Source: Rubellimicrobium sp.
GTDB taxonomy: Bacteria; Pseudomonadota; Alphaproteobacteria; Rhodobacterales; Rhodobacteraceae
Reading direction: 5' to 3'
Assembly: GCA_020832515.1 (NCBI GenBank)
Contig: JAFIEN010000001.1
Span: 1 to 42,896 of the forward strand
Length of the DNA stretch: 42,896 nt
This document shows, in pieces, positions 40,713 to 42,896 of this stretch (positions within the stretch are counted from its first letter, which is position 1; the number at the start of each line of letters is the position of its first letter). The notes under the pieces were generated by a model. The model saw only the letters and a list, made by a program, of their open reading frames with translations. It ran no database searches and had not been told where the DNA came from. A program made the translations under genes and the position numbers.

Positions 40713-40872
40713 GACGGACTTGTCCATCCGGGCGGCTCAAGCCCCGTTAACCTTGTGTTTTAGAAACTAGAATGCCTGTCAGAAAGCCCGCCTTCGGTCG
40801 GGTCGCGACAGTCCTTCGTTAAACCCCCTCCGTCATCCTGGTCCCGGGTGAAAACAGCTTTTGGGCTGGGGG

Positions 40873-42896
40873 ATGGTACAGGTGACATTCGACCGTCGGG
40901 TCGTGTTGCCCGGTGCGGATGACGTGTTTCTGACCGGGGTGACGGATCTGACATTCGTGGCGGGCTCGTCAGGGCCGGTTCTTTACGTGACATCGGGTCC
41001 GGGGGGCGGGGTCGCCTCCTTCCGGATGCAGGGCAACCAGCTTGTCCGCATCGATACCGCCAGCCTGCCCGGCCAGCAGGTGGCCGGCGTCGACAGCAGC
41101 TTCACACCGGTCACGCTGGGCGGCAGCGCCGTGGGCCTGATCACCGGGGTCGGGGCCACGGGCTATTGGGGGATGGGCTTCGGCGCGACCGGCAGCCTGG
41201 AAACAAGGGTCGATCTCGGGACCGGGCTGCCCGGCAACCTGATCGCGGCCGAGATGGTGCGCGTCGGCTCCACCGATTATCTCTATGGCCTGAGGCTGGG
41301 GTCGAACGCGCCCGCGGTCTGGCAGGTCACGGCCCAGGGCACGCTGGTCGCGGTCCAGATCCCCGGTTTCTCGGCCCCGCCCGCGGGCGGGCCGGTCCTG
41401 ACCGACATCACCAGCGTCACCCGCGCCGGCACGCCCTATCTTCTGGCCACCTCGCGCGAGGTGGACGGGCTGATCTCCTACCGGATCGGGCCGGATGGCG
41501 TGCCGGTCGAGGTGGACCGGGTCTGGTCGGCCACCGGCATCGGCATCAGCCAGCCCAGCACCGTGACCGCCTTCAACATGGACGGGCGGGCCTGGGCGGT
41601 GATGGGGGCATCGGGCTCGGGCACGCTGACCGTGGTCGAGGTGATGGCCGACGGCACGCTGGTGCCCACCGACCATATCCTCGACGACCGCGATACGCGG
41701 TTCCAGGGGGTGACCACGCTGGACAGCATCGTCATCAACGGGCGGGCCTATGTGGTCGCCGCCGGATCGGACGACGGGATCAGCCTGTTTCAGGTCCTGC
41801 CGGGCGGGCGGCTTCTGGAAATGGGGACGCTGGCCGACACGACCCAGACCACGCTGGCCAATGTCTCGGACGTGGCGCTTGCCAGCCAGGGCGGCAACCT
41901 GCAGATCATGGTGGCGTCCGGTTCGGAACCCGGGCTGACCTGGCTGACGGTCGATCTGGGGCCGCCGGGGCAGAACCTGACCGGTACCGCCGGGGACGAC
42001 ACGCTGACCGGCGGGACGGGCAACGACCGGCTGAACGGCGGGGCGGGCGACGATCGCCTCTTCGGGGGCGCCGGCGACGATATCATCCTGTCGGGGCGCG
42101 GCTCCAATGTGATGACCGGGGGGACGGGGGCCGATACCTTCGTCCTGTCGGCCAGCGGTCAGGTGAACACGATCACCGATTTCAACCCGGCCGAGGACCG
42201 GATCGACCTGTCGGGCTGGCCGATGCTGCGCAGTCCCCAGCAGCTGACAATCATCCCCACCGCCACCGGAGCCGAGATCCGCTACCAGTCCGAGGTGCTG
42301 CGGATCACCACCTGGAACAACCAGCCGATGACCGTGGCCCAGGTCCTGGCGCTCGACCTCATCAACGTCACGCGGCAGGATCCGGGCTGGACCGCACCGG
42401 TCCTTCCGCCACAGACCCTGTTCGGGGGGGGCGGAGCCGATACGCTGATCGGCGGCGACGGGGCGGATATCCTTCATGGCAACGGCGGCGACGACCGGCT
42501 CGAGGGGAACTGGGGCAACGACCGCCTTTACGGCGGGGCGGGCAATGACCGTCTGTTCGGCGGCGGCGGCGACGACACGCTCTGGGGCGGGACGGGGGCC
42601 GATCTGCTCTGGGGCGGTGAAGGCGACGACCGTCTCTATGGCGGTGATGACGACGACCGTATCTACGCCGGAAGCGGGAACAACACGCTCTGGGGGGACG
42701 ACGGCAACGACACGCTCTGGGGTGGGGTGGGCAATGACCGCCTTTACGGCGGGACCGGGGCCGATCTGCTCTGGGGGGACGACGGCAACGACACGCTCTG
42801 GGGGGGCCTGGGCAATGACCGCCTTTACGGCGGTCCGGGGGCCGATCAGCTCTATGGCGATGCCGGCAACGACACGCGCGAGGGCGCTGCGGGCAA
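40873..42896 (+). CDS. RTX-type calcium-binding protein with an N-terminal propeller-like domain; 3' end truncated by the window edge
   Basis: Absent from the track because it has no stop in the window. I translated by hand from ATG 40873 (frame 1 mod 3): MVQVTFDRRVVLPGADDVFLTGVTDLTFVAGSSGPVLYVTSGPGGG.... From about 41980 there are repeated GGxGxD nonamers (GTAGDDTLTGGTGNDRLNGGAGDDRLFGGAGDD; GNDRLYGGAGNDRLFGGGGDDTLWGGTGADLLWGG...). These continue to the last base. Confidence 0.85.
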   Translation, partial: MVQVTFDRRVVLPGADDVFLTGVTDLTFVAGSSGPVLYVTSGPGGGVASFRMQGNQLVRIDTASLPGQQVAGVDSSFTPVTLGGSAVGLITGVGATGYWGMGFGATGSLETRVDLGTGLPGNLIAAEMVRVGSTDYLYGLRLGSNAPAVWQVTAQGTLVAVQIPGFSAPPAGGPVLTDITSVTRAGTPYLLATSREVDGLISYRIGPDGVPVEVDRVWSATGIGISQPSTVTAFNMDGRAWAVMGASGSGTLTVVEVMADGTLVPTDHILDDRDTRFQGVTTLDSIVINGRAYVVAAGSDDGISLFQVLPGGRLLEMGTLADTTQTTLANVSDVALASQGGNLQIMVASGSEPGLTWLTVDLGPPGQNLTGTAGDDTLTGGTGNDRLNGGAGDDRLFGGAGDDIILSGRGSNVMTGGTGADTFVLSASGQVNTITDFNPAEDRIDLSGWPMLRSPQQLTIIPTATGAEIRYQSEVLRITTWNNQPMTVAQVLALDLINVTRQDPGWTAPVLPPQTLFGGGGADTLIGGDGADILHGNGGDDRLEGNWGNDRLYGGAGNDRLFGGGGDDTLWGGTGADLLWGGEGDDRLYGGDDDDRIYAGSGNNTLWGDDGNDTLWGGVGNDRLYGGTGADLLWGDDGNDTLWGGLGNDRLYGGPGADQLYGDAGNDTREGAAG

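Noticed and set aside
40969-42548. ORFs 40969-42477 (-, 502 aa) and 41166-42548 (+, 460 aa)
   Set aside because: Both are wrong frames of the RTX gene. Only the frame starting at ATG 40873 gives GGxGxD nonamers and a sensible N-terminal domain.
1-42896. A complete type I secretion system formed by the HlyD-like gene and the RTX protein
   Set aside because: The two genes are about 38 kb apart. No ABC exporter or TolC-like gene is present in the window. The HlyD-like gene is paired with an M50-like protein instead.

Overview
The window is a very GC-rich fragment of what looks like an alphaproteobacterial (Rhodobacterales-like) plasmid or chromid.

- **Left edge (1-3.3 kb):** an HlyD-type adaptor gene whose frame never reaches a stop inside the window. 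It sits next to a site-2-protease-like membrane protein that has lost its HExxH motif. A 31-bp perfect inverted-repeat (MITE-like) element lies at 116-290.
- **Core (3.6-29.7 kb):** two tightly packed operons converge with their stop codons 6 bp apart.
  - The plus operon encodes a small unknown protein (P1) and a 2748-aa multidomain PKS (degenerate plus intact PfaD/NMO-type ER, then KS-AT-ACP-KR-DH). These are followed by a KS-AT-PPTase protein, a discrete ACP, an alkaline-phosphatase/NPP-family enzyme and an alpha/beta hydrolase.
  - The minus operon encodes a TPR protein, a second AP-superfamily enzyme and three paralogous sulfotransferase-like proteins. It also encodes two paralogous propeller-like unknowns, a lipoprotein esterase of the PHB-depolymerase/LpqC type, a 112-aa acidic protein and P2, a paralog of P1.
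  - I do not recognise this combination as a characterised pathway. It is the main candidate for a novel system, possibly a sulfated or sulfonation-activated reduced polyketide lipid.
- **29.9-34.5 kb:** the rfbCBDA dTDP-rhamnose operon and a divergent DUF2793/tail-fibre-like gene.
- **34.5-42.9 kb:** replicon backbone.
  - It starts with a tyrosine recombinase preceded by an AT-rich dif-like palindrome, followed by an orphan kpsM-type permease.
  - The replication module is an RPA-family replication initiator and an origin region with a perfect DnaA box, three 22-bp-phased iterons and an AT-rich tract.
  - parA and parB follow, then a palindrome-rich candidate centromere.
  - The window ends in a 3'-truncated RTX calcium-binding protein.

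I saw no rRNA, tRNA or CRISPR array. Many long Arg/Pro/Gly-rich ORFs in the track are antisense shadows typical of high-GC DNA and were rejected.
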